Assembly (NCBI GenBank): GCA_963677485.1
Contig: OY781964.1
Span: 544,001 to 608,000 of the forward strand
Direction: 5' to 3'
From: Armatimonadota bacterium
GTDB taxonomy: Bacteria > Armatimonadota > HRBIN16
Length of the DNA: 64,000 nucleotides
The position numbers were made by a program, and so were the translations under genes. The notes beneath the pieces are model-generated. The model was given only the letters and a program-made list of their open reading frames with translations, did no database searches and had not been told where the DNA came from. Of this stretch, positions 17,271-27,932 are shown piece by piece. The stretch's first letter is position 1. Every line of letters starts with the position of its first letter.

Positions 17271-17756
17271 CTACGCCTGATGAGGTGTGAACTTGCTCAC
17301 AAGCCAGCCGATTGGCAACACCAGCACGGTGTTATAGGCAGCCGTGCCCAGTGTGATATAGAGCCAGCGCAAGGAGGAGGTATGGGGGCTTAGTAGATAG
17401 AAGAAAGATTCACACAGCAATGTGCCGAGGAATGCGCAACCTGCCCACAATGCCGGATTTCCGCGAAAAATGCGGGCCTCCATACTGGCCAGCAGCATTG
17501 CGAGAGCTGTTCGGGTTATGATAAAGCTGCCCAGCGAGACGCCCACCAGAGAGCCGGTTAGCCAGCCAACCAGGAACCCCCAGACGGCGGCTTGTTCAAA
17601 ATGGCTGTTCACACCAATGGCTACCACGCACACCAGCAGCAGATCCGGCTGCACGCCTTTAATGGCAATAAGCTGGGTGAGGTTGCCTTGAAGGGCGGCG
17701 GCTATAACCACCAGCAGCAGAAGTTTGGGCCAAAGAGGCAGTTTGAAGCGGCTCAT
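17271..17756 (-). CDS. mreD: Rod shape-determining protein MreD
   Basis: Hydrophobic; QPDLLLVCVV, GFLVGWL, YNTVL; follows mreC. Confidence 0.88.
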   Translation of the reverse strand: MSRFKLPLWPKLLLLVVIAAALQGNLTQLIAIKGVQPDLLLVCVVAIGVNSHFEQAAVWGFLVGWLTGSLVGVSLGSFIITRTALAMLLASMEARIFRGNPALWAGCAFLGTLLCESFFYLLSPHTSSLRWLYITLGTAAYNTVLVLPIGWLVSKFTPHQA

Positions 17757-18586
17757 TATAAACCTGAAGGCAGCACGTAGAATATGTCAACCCGGCGCGG
17801 GTTCACGAAAGGCTGAATGACGGCTTCGCGCATCCCAGCCTCTTTCATCTCAGCACGGCTTTGCACCACGCCAATGGGCAGTCCCTTGGGGTATAAACCG
17901 CCCTCACCGCTGCTCACCACCACATCACCCACGCGGACATCGGCATCCTTCTCTAGGTAGGTCAACACGATACTGTCAGTCCCGCGGCCTTTACAGACTC
18001 CCAAGGCGCGGCTCTCCTGCCGCTGCACACGTCCCGCTACCGCGGCGTTGGGGTCCGTTATTAATAGTACCGTCGAGGTCTTGTTGGTCACACTCTCAAC
18101 GATACCCACAACACCGCCTTCAGCAGCCACGATAGAACGAGGCTTAATGCCATGATCACTGCCTTTGTTCAATATGATGCTGTGGAAATAGTTGCTGGGG
18201 CGTATAGAGAGCGGTTCTGTGACGATGGGTTGGGGTTTGGTTGACTGCATAATGGCCAAAGCTCGCCGGAGAGATTCATTCTCGATGCTAAGCTCTGTCA
18301 AACGGATTTTCTCTGTATCCAACGCCGCCATCCGCTGGTGAAGGCTCCGGTTTTCCGTACTCAGGGCGCGTGCATGAACAAACCCATAGCTAAAATCGAC
18401 AGTAGCCTGCTGTACAGTGTGAGTCAATTTTTGAAATGGGGCCACGATTCGGGCCCAGGGTTGTGCGCTTTTGTCGTTCGTGCCTGTCGTAAGGGCACTG
18501 TTATGCAGAGCACCCAGCACCATGGCTGCGATCACCAGCACCACAATTAGCCAAAACCGACCACTACGCCACACAGGCTCATTCAC
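17756..18586 (-). CDS. mreC: Rod shape-determining protein MreC
   Basis: TM helix plus coiled coil; ILNKGSDHGI, VLLITDP, GDVVVSSGEGGLYPKGLPIG. Confidence 0.93.
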   Translation of the reverse strand: MNEPVWRSGRFWLIVVLVIAAMVLGALHNSALTTGTNDKSAQPWARIVAPFQKLTHTVQQATVDFSYGFVHARALSTENRSLHQRMAALDTEKIRLTELSIENESLRRALAIMQSTKPQPIVTEPLSIRPSNYFHSIILNKGSDHGIKPRSIVAAEGGVVGIVESVTNKTSTVLLITDPNAAVAGRVQRQESRALGVCKGRGTDSIVLTYLEKDADVRVGDVVVSSGEGGLYPKGLPIGVVQSRAEMKEAGMREAVIQPFVNPRRVDIFYVLPSGL

Positions 18587-18604
18587 GGAAACGCCTCCGT
18601 TGGG

Positions 18605-19648
18605 TTACTTTGCCGCGCTAATCAGCACTTTTCGCAGTTGTGTGTTGTGTTCCAGTTCTTCTAGCATATGCCCTGTTCCATTCGCTACACAGCTAAGCGG
18701 GTCATCGGCTATTAACACAGGCATGCCTGTCTCAATGTGAATCAAGTTATCTAGCCCGCGCAATAGTGCTCCACCACCCGCCAGCATAATACCATGGTGC
18801 ATGATATCAGCCGCCAGCTCAGGAGGAGTCTCCTCGAGGCACTGTTTGACAACTTCCACGATCTTGTTGACAGGTTCAGAAATGGCCGCCCGAATCTCTT
18901 CGCTGGTCACTGTGGTGGCTCGAGGTAAACCGGATATCAGGTCGCGTCCGCGGATTTCCATCTCTTGCTCTTGCCCATTGGGGTAGGCTGAGCCGATGGT
19001 CATCTTGATCTCTTCCGCGGTTCGGTCGCCGATATACAAATTGTGTTGGCGGCGCACAAACGCCACAATAGCATCATCGATCTTGTCGCCGGCTGTGCGC
19101 TCACTTTTGGGAGCAACAATACCGCTGAGGGAGATCACAGCCACTTCGGTGGTTCCGCCGCCAATGTCCACGATCATGCTGCCTGTGGCTTCGGATACCG
19201 GTAAGCCTGCTCCAATGGCGGCCGCCATCGGCTCTTCCAGCAGATAGGCCTCACGGGCCCCAGCCTTACGGGCTGCACTCACAACTGCGCGCTGCTCCAC
19301 ATCGGTGGCACCACTGGGGATGCCAATCACCATTCTGGGGGCGGCCCAACTGCGGCGGTGAACTCTCTGGATGAAGTAGCGCAGCATCTGTTCGGTTTGT
19401 TCAAAATCTGCAATCACACCGTCTTTTAAGGGGCGGATGGCCTGGATGGAGCCTGGTGTTCGTCCGAGCATGCGCTTAGCCTCATTACCCACGGCTAGCA
19501 CTTTACGGGTGTCACTCTCGATCGCGACCACAGACGGCTCGCGTAACACTATACCGCGACCGCGTACATGCACAACTGTATTGGCTGTGCCGAGGTCGAT
19601 ACCCATATCTCGTGAGAAGTTAGCGAACAGTTTGTTCCAGATCGACAT
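18605..19648 (-). CDS. mreB: Rod shape-determining protein MreB
   Basis: [44 protein letters not shown]. Confidence 0.98.
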   Translation of the reverse strand: MSIWNKLFANFSRDMGIDLGTANTVVHVRGRGIVLREPSVVAIESDTRKVLAVGNEAKRMLGRTPGSIQAIRPLKDGVIADFEQTEQMLRYFIQRVHRRSWAAPRMVIGIPSGATDVEQRAVVSAARKAGAREAYLLEEPMAAAIGAGLPVSEATGSMIVDIGGGTTEVAVISLSGIVAPKSERTAGDKIDDAIVAFVRRQHNLYIGDRTAEEIKMTIGSAYPNGQEQEMEIRGRDLISGLPRATTVTSEEIRAAISEPVNKIVEVVKQCLEETPPELAADIMHHGIMLAGGGALLRGLDNLIHIETGMPVLIADDPLSCVANGTGHMLEELEHNTQLRKVLISAAK

Positions 19649-19732
19649 GATCGTTATTATGATCCTCCAGGTGCCCTAAGGTGACCACTATATTATACAT
19701 GCACGAACCCTAATGGCGCAGAAAGGCTTCAA

Positions 19733-20107
19733 TCAGGCCGAGTCCCTGGTGGACACCGTCATCAGTGCGAGATATAATTCGCGGACTAGCACGATACTCC
19801 CGAGTATGTATGCTGCCTGCACCGGTGGACCTTCCGATGGTTTGTAATATGGTTCAGGTGTGTATATATTCGCCGATCCACTGCTATACTGGTTGGCAGT
19901 ATACAGCGCAATTGCTTCGTTCTTTACGCCGACGAAACAATACTTCCCATTAGGACCTACAGACACACCATACACGTTTTGAAACAGACCGCTGGCAAAA
20001 GGATACATGATGTGTTTTGTGGTCACATCCAGTATGCCGTTTTCCGGTAATTCGAATGCTTGTGTTGGATTATTGAAATTGTTATAATGTAACTCTTGCC
20101 TCTGCAA
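19733..20107 (-). pseudogene. Orphan C-terminal fragment paralogous to the lipoprotein at 21373..23004
   Basis: 27 of 62 residues identical without gaps (manual count) to the C-terminus of that lipoprotein. Confidence 0.7.
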
Positions 20108-20167
20108 GACAGGTATCCAAACCTGATTTCACCTCCACTTAGGTGGAGTAGACCCCGAGGATACAAA

Positions 20168-21316
20168 ATGAAAGTGACTACCGTGGAGCATGGGCTCCCC
20201 ATCAAAAGCTGGTGCAGCGAACCCGAAGAGGGCACCATCGAACAAGCTCGCCATTTAGCACTGCTGCCCTTCGCATTCAAACATATCGCCTTGATGCCAG
20301 ATGCGCATCAAGGTTATGGAATGCCCATCGGCGGTGTGTTGGCTACAGAATCGGTAGTGATCCCAAATGCAGTGGGCAAAGACATCGGCTGCGGCATGTG
20401 CGCGGTCAGGCTCCATCGGTCGGAGATCACGGTTGACGAACTTAAGGGGCTGTTGACGGAGATACGCAACCAAATTCCGTTAGGCTTCAACAACCACAAA
20501 TCGCCGCAGGACGAATGCACTATGCCCCAAATACCCGTGCCTGCTGGCGCTATCGTGCAAAGAGAATATGCCCACGCGCGGTGTGCGGTGGGCACCCTGG
20601 GTGGTGGTAATCACTTCATCGAAATACAGAGAGGCGATGATGGTTCCATCTGGTTGATGCTTCACTCCGGCTCCAGAAACCTGGGTCTGCAGGTCGCAGA
20701 TCACTACAACAAGATCGCGATTGAGATGAATGAGCGTTGGCACAGTGCGGTACCTAAGGAACACCAGTTGGCGTTCCTTCCGCTAGACACCGACATGGCC
20801 CAAAGCTACATGCAGGAGATGCAGTATTGTGTGGAATTCGCCCTTTCTAACCGCCATCTGATGGTACAGCGGATTCTGCAGATCGTCGGCTGCGGACATG
20901 ATGAGATCATCAACATCGCACACAATTATGCGGTTGAGGAAGAGCACTTTGGTCACAAGGTGATGGTGCATCGTAAAGGGGCCACCCTTGCCACCAAGCA
21001 GACTGTGGGCATCATACCTGGAAGCCAGGGCAGCTCATCATACATCGTCAAGGGTCTTGGGTGCAGAGACAGCTTCTTCTCTTGTTCACACGGTGCTGGC
21101 AGAAAAATTGGGAGGAAAGAGGCCATGCGGTCACTGAACCTGCAAGCCGAGATCGATGCCCTTGACTATAAAGGCATCCTTCACGCCATACGAAATGTTG
21201 GCGACCTGGATGAAGCACCGGGCGCCTATAAAGACATCGATGTGGTGATGGCGGAGCAAAAAGAGCTGGTAGAGGTGGTAGTTAAACTGCAGCCTCTGGC
21301 TGTCATAAAAGGCTAA
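20168..21316 (+). CDS. rtcB: RtcB-family RNA ligase
   Basis: MPDAHQGYGMPIG, VGKDIGCG, GTLGGGNHFIE, HSGSR, HNY, HRKGAT, SHGAGR, DEAPGAYK. Confidence 0.96.
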   Translation: MKVTTVEHGLPIKSWCSEPEEGTIEQARHLALLPFAFKHIALMPDAHQGYGMPIGGVLATESVVIPNAVGKDIGCGMCAVRLHRSEITVDELKGLLTEIRNQIPLGFNNHKSPQDECTMPQIPVPAGAIVQREYAHARCAVGTLGGGNHFIEIQRGDDGSIWLMLHSGSRNLGLQVADHYNKIAIEMNERWHSAVPKEHQLAFLPLDTDMAQSYMQEMQYCVEFALSNRHLMVQRILQIVGCGHDEIINIAHNYAVEEEHFGHKVMVHRKGATLATKQTVGIIPGSQGSSSYIVKGLGCRDSFFSCSHGAGRKIGRKEAMRSLNLQAEIDALDYKGILHAIRNVGDLDEAPGAYKDIDVVMAEQKELVEVVVKLQPLAVIKG

Positions 21317-21325
21317 GAACACGCT

Positions 21326-21364
21326 CAGTCGGCGGCTTTCCCAAGCCGCCGGCTGTTTTTGTTT
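21326..21364 (+). terminator. Intrinsic terminator after rtcB
   Basis: Stem cagtcggcggctt / aagccgccggctg followed by tttttgttt. Confidence 0.75.
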
Positions 21365-21372
21365 CTAATCAC

Positions 21373-23004
21373 CTAGTTGGGTACTTCCGGTGGGTATATC
21401 TGCGTCAGATCACTTCCATATGGTGTGCAAGTGAACAGGCTATATTGGCCATCGTGTTTGCCGATGAAGCTGAACTTGTCGTTAGGGCCAGCCGATACAC
21501 CATCGGCGTTCTCAAACGAGTTTGTTGCAAATGGGTATGTCATAACGCCTGTGGTCGAATCGATAATGCTGATTTCCAAAGCAGCGCCAGAGTTGGTTCT
21601 GAAGCTATTCGGTGCGATGATTTGGGAGCCGTCCAGGGTGTAGCAGGGGCTACCAAATACCTTACCGTAAATCAACTCACTGGTATACGCCATATAGTAG
21701 GTGTTGTCTGGTGATTTGGTCCACAGCTTGGCATCGCCATTATAGGCCTCTACATAGAGAATGCGATCCGGGTATTTACCTACCGCAGCCTGATAGCTGG
21801 GCTGCTCTTCAGATGCGGTGTGGTTCGGGATGTGGGTCATCTCTCCGCCGGTGATGGGTATGGTGTACAGGTTAGCTGGGTTGTTCGCTGCAAGCGACTT
21901 CTCAAACAGCACGGTGTTGGCATTCATGAACATCGGATGACCGCTGCGTGCCCCCACCAACTCCGTGAGTCCACTGCCGTCAGCGTTGATCTTCATGATG
22001 TGGCAGTCTGTCCAGAAATTCGGACCGCGGTCTTCAAACACAATGGTGTTGAGGTCTGGTGACACATCAAACCGGATGATGTTCTTGCCAATAGACGTAT
22101 ACTTCGCGAACTGGCTGCCATCAGGCTTGACCCGATAGATATCCAGATTGCCATCGACACCGCCGGCAAAGAATATCCATTGGTCGTTCGTGTTCGATTT
22201 CCAAACTGAACAGCGCATCAATGTAATTGTGGGAGTTGGGTTGTAGACCACTACCGTCATCCATGGCGATGTCAGGTTATCCATAGATACACGCACTGTG
22301 GGGCTGCCAGTCGCCACACCGTATGCTTCACCGTCCTGGAACCGCAGCATCTCCGGTAGAACTGGGCGTGCTTCCATAGCTCCCACTGCTGGTGCCCCTA
22401 CTTCCCACTTCACAGAGCCGGGTGTGATGGCGACCACCGATCCTTGAGCACTGCGGGCAACGAAGCTGAGCACTTTGTGCTCCCCTACTGCGATGGTTTG
22501 GCTGGCTTGTACCTCTAGACTGGTGATGACCTGGCTGATGGCGATACTACCCATGCCCGTGCCATCATCCATGATCTGCACCACGTAATCGGCTGTGCCA
22601 ACGACGGACCCTGCGCCACTCGCCTCACTAGTGAAGCTGATGACTACGCGCCACTTCTGCGCAGGCACCTGTTCAGGCGAGACCCAATGCTGGATATACG
22701 CCGCCGGGTCTGTCTGCCGGTTGATGATCCACTGGTATACTGGTTCCGCTTGTTGTTCGGTCGTGTTTAGCACTGGGTTGTGGTTGCCGGCTAATATCCC
22801 TGAATCTGGGTTGTACAATACAGGTCGGTAGAGTTGGATTTTCAAACTGAGAGCAGCGGCCGGGGCTTGTATCGCACGGCCCCTCTCAGCCCAGTTGATG
22901 TCTAGACGAATGTGGGTTTCGGGGGTCACACTGTTGCCCCCGCAGCCGGATAGTAGTGGGAGTAGAAAAAGCGGTATTGCGACGATGATCCATTTGGCAC
23001 GCAT
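21373..23004 (-). CDS. Lipoprotein with Ig-like region and TolB-like beta-propeller
   Basis: LLSGC lipobox; DIYRVKPDGS, VSPD, IMKINADGS propeller repeats; ATG 23004 after AAGGAG. Confidence 0.75.
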   Translation of the reverse strand: MRAKWIIVAIPLFLLPLLSGCGGNSVTPETHIRLDINWAERGRAIQAPAAALSLKIQLYRPVLYNPDSGILAGNHNPVLNTTEQQAEPVYQWIINRQTDPAAYIQHWVSPEQVPAQKWRVVISFTSEASGAGSVVGTADYVVQIMDDGTGMGSIAISQVITSLEVQASQTIAVGEHKVLSFVARSAQGSVVAITPGSVKWEVGAPAVGAMEARPVLPEMLRFQDGEAYGVATGSPTVRVSMDNLTSPWMTVVVYNPTPTITLMRCSVWKSNTNDQWIFFAGGVDGNLDIYRVKPDGSQFAKYTSIGKNIIRFDVSPDLNTIVFEDRGPNFWTDCHIMKINADGSGLTELVGARSGHPMFMNANTVLFEKSLAANNPANLYTIPITGGEMTHIPNHTASEEQPSYQAAVGKYPDRILYVEAYNGDAKLWTKSPDNTYYMAYTSELIYGKVFGSPCYTLDGSQIIAPNSFRTNSGAALEISIIDSTTGVMTYPFATNSFENADGVSAGPNDKFSFIGKHDGQYSLFTCTPYGSDLTQIYPPEVPN

Positions 23005-23146
23005 AGCCGTCTGTTCTCCTTCATGCCTGATCGAATTGTTCACCCGTCTTGTGCAACTACTGGCTGGTGATGCCCTAATTATAGCATGTAAGGATGCGGA
23101 TATAGTATGTGTTTAATGGCAGAATTACGAGTATTTTAGGCAGGTT

Positions 23147-23596
23147 TTAAGCCATGTTTACAATGGCGGAAGGGGTTATCGGGGTGATTGCAGAGTAACG
23201 GATAAAATCATCGGTATTGTACGTAAGTATGTACTGGATGTCATACGCGCCCATCACTGCGAAAAGGCGGGCATCATGCGCCTGCTTCCCAAGAACCCTA
23301 TGTTTTGTCACGACTTGCTGCCAACGGTCAGCCATATCAGCGGGTTCGATGAGGCATGGAAATACGGCACGGATTTCTAGTAATTCCATCAAAGCTTCTC
23401 GATATCCGAGGCCCAAACCATTCACGTTAGCAGGTCGAGTTGCCACCACCCAGAATTCAGTAAGCACTTGGGCACAAACACATAATGTCTTCCCGCGCCC
23501 AAAGAGATTATCAACTGCATCTATACATTCTCGATGACGTATATTAGATTGATCACGAAGCCTGATGAGTATGTTGGTGTCGATCAGATAGCTCAT
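23147..23596 (-). CDS. vapC: PIN-domain toxin (VapC family)
   Basis: YLIDTNILIR, QVLTEFW, HDARL, ILTYNTDDF. Confidence 0.9.
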   Translation of the reverse strand: MSYLIDTNILIRLRDQSNIRHRECIDAVDNLFGRGKTLCVCAQVLTEFWVVATRPANVNGLGLGYREALMELLEIRAVFPCLIEPADMADRWQQVVTKHRVLGKQAHDARLFAVMGAYDIQYILTYNTDDFIRYSAITPITPSAIVNMA

Positions 23597-23829
23597 ACAC
23601 GATCTTCATATAGGTTCTCACGCCGTAGTGCCTCATCTGATATGGACAGACCTGTTATCGCGGATTGCTTCATGCGGTCCCATGCTTGTTTGGCCGTTTC
23701 TGGATCCCACGGAAGATACACAGGCATCTGTCTCAGTGATAACTCTAAAGGCTCATTGACAGGCAAGTCAACTGGTTGATCCGGGATGATTGCCTTCCCA
23801 TCAAAGTGTGCTCGTATTGTGATGGACAT
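23593..23829 (-). CDS. Putative antitoxin (AF2212/DUF104-like)
   Basis: MSITIRAHFDGKAIIPDQPVDLP..., ends LRRENLYEDR; overlaps the PIN gene start. Confidence 0.75.
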   Translation of the reverse strand: MSITIRAHFDGKAIIPDQPVDLPVNEPLELSLRQMPVYLPWDPETAKQAWDRMKQSAITGLSISDEALRRENLYEDRV

Positions 23830-23959
23830 ATCTCCCACCTCCGTCATCATTATGACATATGATGCAGACAGGAATACCTTTAATGTCAAACACAAGACAG
23901 TAGAGTTGGTAGTCAACACCAGTCAGACGGGTTACCCCCTCTGACTGGTGTTGTTTCGC

Positions 23960-25153
23960 CTACTTTATCGTGAGGAACAACTCGCCCAGCCCGATTTCGG
24001 AATAGAAGATCTCCGGTGCGACCGGCGTTTCGGCGCAGGTGCCGCCATACAGCACACGGTAGGTGTTCGCAGCCGTCTTCTGCAGCTCACCGGTTCCGTC
24101 TATCGTGCTCATCCCCAGGAAATAGCAGTTCTTGTATTTCTTGGGATCCGTACTTCCCGCCAGAAGCACGGGACCATCCGAACCGTCCATCTGCCAGTCC
24201 AACCCGTCCCGTGACACCTGCATACTGGGCACGCTGCGGCCAGACTTGTCTCCCGTGAAGGTCACCCTCAGGAACAACGGGGCTCCACCCACATTACGGA
24301 TGTAGCCAATCTGGTTTCCAAGCTGAGCAAACCCCGCCGGTCCCTCGTGTTGATTCCAGTCAAAGGTGTATGGGTCGGCGGACCGTATACGGTAATAACC
24401 CGTCCAACCTTCTTTACGGTTCACTCCCACATACATCCAAAACGGCTTACCGTCCTTGTCCCAAGGCACATAGATCATCTCTTCGTGATGCAGGGCCGTG
24501 GTCTCTGGTTGGTCCAGGTTTACCAGCACACCGCGCTTCTTGCTCTGCAGCTCCCAGTTGTCGCCGTCTTTGCTGGTGAACAGCACGATGCGGTCTACGC
24601 CGCGCGGCTCCAGCTCACCGGGCAGTGATGGGCCGGCCATGCCTTGAATCTGGGCATACATATAATAAGTGCCCTTCACACGCATCACTTCCGCTTCCAG
24701 ACAGTTGCTGGCGTTCCAAACTGCCGGGTTACCCGATTCGGCTGGGAAGTAAAACTCGGGGCGGTCCTTGTTCATCTTCCAAGTGAATGGTGCACCGGTC
24801 TTGCTTTGGTGCTGCAGCACATGGTCACCATCAGCGTTCTTCACGCCTTTACGCAGCCAGCGTCCGCCGGTATACATTCTGTACATGCCCTTGGTGGAAT
24901 CCCAGATGATATGCACACTATAGTCATATGCAGGTTCACCATCGGTAGTGGGTCTGTTGATGGCAGCGTTGTATCCAAAGAATCGGCTCTTGTAGTTCAC
25001 GGTCAAGTTGCCAAGAGTTTTGTATACCAGTGTCTGCTCCTTGAAAGCCGGTGTCTTCTGAGCGATACTTTTGGGCTGCTTAGGAGCAGCAAACAAGCAC
25101 GTTGAGGCAAGCAGAAGTCCACATGCCACGAGACGAACATATTTCGATGTCAT
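23960..25153 (-). CDS. Secreted hypothetical protein, probable beta-propeller glycosidase-like
   Basis: Signal peptide from MTSKYVRL; SKDGDNW and SRDGLDW blade motifs. Confidence 0.55.
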   Translation of the reverse strand: MTSKYVRLVACGLLLASTCLFAAPKQPKSIAQKTPAFKEQTLVYKTLGNLTVNYKSRFFGYNAAINRPTTDGEPAYDYSVHIIWDSTKGMYRMYTGGRWLRKGVKNADGDHVLQHQSKTGAPFTWKMNKDRPEFYFPAESGNPAVWNASNCLEAEVMRVKGTYYMYAQIQGMAGPSLPGELEPRGVDRIVLFTSKDGDNWELQSKKRGVLVNLDQPETTALHHEEMIYVPWDKDGKPFWMYVGVNRKEGWTGYYRIRSADPYTFDWNQHEGPAGFAQLGNQIGYIRNVGGAPLFLRVTFTGDKSGRSVPSMQVSRDGLDWQMDGSDGPVLLAGSTDPKKYKNCYFLGMSTIDGTGELQKTAANTYRVLYGGTCAETPVAPEIFYSEIGLGELFLTIK

Positions 25154-25155
25154 AT

Positions 25156-26361
25156 CTACCCTCTCTTTTTCCAGAACGACAGATTGGTGGTCAGGCTGTA
25201 CATCGCCAGCCCTCCGCATATGATCACTGTAATACCCATGATGCCAGGTGCCATCACCTTCCATAATAGCTCATGCTGTGCAAAAAGACTTCCGCATCCC
25301 ACGCAAAAAGCGCCGATACCGATGCCCAGCCCAATCACAGCCTCATGACCGCCGCCATGCTCGCCTTTTGTTTCGCTGCCCGCCATACTGTAGAACAGGC
25401 TCGCTTGATACCCCATGGCCAGACAGAAGCCCAGAATGACCTGCCCGATCATATGGATATAGATATTCGGGGCCAGCATCATGATGAGGAGAGCGACTGC
25501 CAAACCGAAGTAGCTGCTGAGCAGCATGGGAACATGGTAACACCAGCCCTTCCAGCGTCCAAACAGCACAAAACAGGACAGACGGACCAGGAAGAACACA
25601 CTCAAGAACATCGAACTGGTCTCCAGGTTCAGGTGCATTTTGTTGGCAAACTGCGGCGTCAACAATGCACAAATGGTCAGGATGACATACCCCATCGGGT
25701 TGAATATCCAGCCCAGCCGTCGGAATATCTTGCGGTCCTTCGCAGTCAGCCGATATCCATCATTGGTCTCAACCGGGTGTTGGGTGTCAGGGATCTGCAG
25801 GAATTTCTTCATAAACGCGATGGAAAGCACCAAAGCCAGGATGCACATCAGCGTCGGCACACCAAACAACCCGCGGGCGGCGAAGTTCGGCCCGCCATAC
25901 GACGCAAGTTTGCTGGTGAAGAAGAACGCCGTGGCGGAACCACCGGCCCATCCCAGGTTATACTTCAGCACATTCCGTTGCACACCAGCGTTATTTTCAC
26001 CGCGCATTAATGTGGATTCGGTGGCTGGCCATATAAAGTTCGGGAATATTCCGGTTAACAATAGTGCCAGGTTAAGGTTCCAGCCAGCCGGTGCGAATAT
26101 CCCGACAAGAGCGGCTAGAAGCGTTCCCGCCAAGCCCAGGTTCAGGCTGCGGTCAGCACCGTACTTTTCGACGAATTTCCCGCCATAAACAGCCGAAATG
26201 GCGATCCCGACTCCGAACGCCATTTGCCAGACGGACATCTGCCAGATGGTCCACCTATGTTGCTCCGCATAGTAAGGTTGTCCATACATCATCAGCGTTG
26301 TGGCGATATTAACGAAAAATCCTATAGCTGTGATCAACCATTTGGAAGGTGTTTTGTGCAT
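25156..26361 (-). CDS. MFS transporter
   Basis: About 12 hydrophobic segments; GKFVEKYG motif-A-like loop. Confidence 0.8.
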   Translation of the reverse strand: MHKTPSKWLITAIGFFVNIATTLMMYGQPYYAEQHRWTIWQMSVWQMAFGVGIAISAVYGGKFVEKYGADRSLNLGLAGTLLAALVGIFAPAGWNLNLALLLTGIFPNFIWPATESTLMRGENNAGVQRNVLKYNLGWAGGSATAFFFTSKLASYGGPNFAARGLFGVPTLMCILALVLSIAFMKKFLQIPDTQHPVETNDGYRLTAKDRKIFRRLGWIFNPMGYVILTICALLTPQFANKMHLNLETSSMFLSVFFLVRLSCFVLFGRWKGWCYHVPMLLSSYFGLAVALLIMMLAPNIYIHMIGQVILGFCLAMGYQASLFYSMAGSETKGEHGGGHEAVIGLGIGIGAFCVGCGSLFAQHELLWKVMAPGIMGITVIICGGLAMYSLTTNLSFWKKRG

Positions 26362-26486
26362 ATGTGTGAAGTTAGCTTCCTTTCGAGATTCAGTTGTTAC
26401 CTTGTGTCAGTATACAGAATTGCCATATACTGACGTTGAGACAGCATTCATGATATACGTTTACGTTAAGGAGTCTCACCGAATTT

Positions 26487-27926
26487 ATGAGAGACCTGGC
26501 CAAACTGGCTCTGGACCGTGCCCAACAGATGGGTGCTTCATATGCAGATGCTCGCATCATGAGCATCCACAAGCAGTTCATCAACTGTGAAGATGAACGG
26601 CTCGCTTCCGCGTCTGAGACAACAGACACTGGCATAGGCATCCGTGTGATCTGCCAGGGTGCCTGGGGATTTGGATCGACAAATATCCTGACAGCCGATG
26701 GGGTTCAGGCAGCGGCCACTCAGGCCGTGGCGTTGGCAAAGGCCACTGCGGGTATGAGGCAGTCGCCGGTAGGTCTGGCTGCTGAGGCCGCCCACAACAT
26801 CTATTTCGAAGGCCCATGCCAGATCGACCCCTTCGACATCCCGGTGTCTGACAAAGCGAGTCTGCTCATCGGCGTCAACCGGCTGCTGCTCAGCTACCCC
26901 AAGATCAAACGGGCCACCGCCTACATGAGCTTTGTACATGAACAACGCATACTGCTCACGTCTGAGGGCTCGGACCTGGAGAGTCGTGTCACCATCAGCG
27001 CCTGCGGTTACACAGCCACCGCGGTTGGTGATGGTGATGCGCAGTCACGCAGCTACGCCCCTGCCCCGATGTCCGCCGGATATGAGAACATCCTGAACGC
27101 CGACCTGGTGGGCCACACCCAGCATATCGCCGAAGAGGCACTGGAGCACTTGATGGCCCCAGACTGTGAAGATGGGCCGACGGATTTGATCCTTGACCCT
27201 TATCATCTCTCCCTCACGATGCACGAGTCGGTCGGCCATGCCACCGAACTTGACCGTATCCTGGGTTACGAAGAGAGCCTGGCGGGCCGCAGTTTTGCCA
27301 CAGTAGACAAGCTAGGCAAGCTGCAGTATGGGTCACCACTGGTAAACTTCGTAGCTGATGGCAACCTGCTGGGCGGTCTAGCCAGTATGGGATTTGATGA
27401 CGATGGTGTGCCCGCCCAAACTTACCACATCATCAAGGATGGCATCTACAACAATGTCAGCATGGGCCGTGAAGTGGCGGCTGAGATGGGTTGGGAGCGC
27501 AGTCTGGGCAGTTGCCGTGCAGACCACTGGAGCAGCATCCCTATCGTGCGAATACCCAACCTCAGCCTGATGCCTGGCCCATCACCTCTCGCATTGGAAG
27601 ACCTGATCGCTGACACCAGAAATGGCATCTACATAGAAGGTATGGGCAGCTTCAGTATCGATCAGATGCGTCAGAATTTCCAGTTCGGGGGCGATGCGTT
27701 CTGGAAGATCAAGAACGGCCGCCTGGTGGGAATGCTCAAGAATGTGACATACCAAAGCATTACAGAGCCGTTTTGGAACAGTTGTGATGCGATCTGCGAC
27801 CAGCGATTCTGGGTGCCAAATGGTGTGTTGAACTGCGGTAAGGGTGATCCAATGCAGATAGCCCGCATGACCCACGGGGCAGCTCCAGCCAGGTTCCGGC
27901 AAGTCCAAGTAAGACGAGCGAGGTAA
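26487..27926 (+). CDS. tldD: TldD/PmbA-family metalloprotease (TldD type)
   Basis: GASYADAR, GIGIRV..GAWGF, MHESVGHATELDR (HExxxH), FDDDGV, CGKG.P.Q, HGAAPARF. Confidence 0.93.
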   Translation: MRDLAKLALDRAQQMGASYADARIMSIHKQFINCEDERLASASETTDTGIGIRVICQGAWGFGSTNILTADGVQAAATQAVALAKATAGMRQSPVGLAAEAAHNIYFEGPCQIDPFDIPVSDKASLLIGVNRLLLSYPKIKRATAYMSFVHEQRILLTSEGSDLESRVTISACGYTATAVGDGDAQSRSYAPAPMSAGYENILNADLVGHTQHIAEEALEHLMAPDCEDGPTDLILDPYHLSLTMHESVGHATELDRILGYEESLAGRSFATVDKLGKLQYGSPLVNFVADGNLLGGLASMGFDDDGVPAQTYHIIKDGIYNNVSMGREVAAEMGWERSLGSCRADHWSSIPIVRIPNLSLMPGPSPLALEDLIADTRNGIYIEGMGSFSIDQMRQNFQFGGDAFWKIKNGRLVGMLKNVTYQSITEPFWNSCDAICDQRFWVPNGVLNCGKGDPMQIARMTHGAAPARFRQVQVRRAR

Positions 27927-27932
27927 CACGAG

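Noticed and set aside
20110-20165. Y-RNA or tRNA-like element and Rtc operon near rtcB
   Set aside because: Only a short hairpin (ctccacttaggtggag) is present, with no cloverleaf and no rtcA, rtcR or Ro60 gene.
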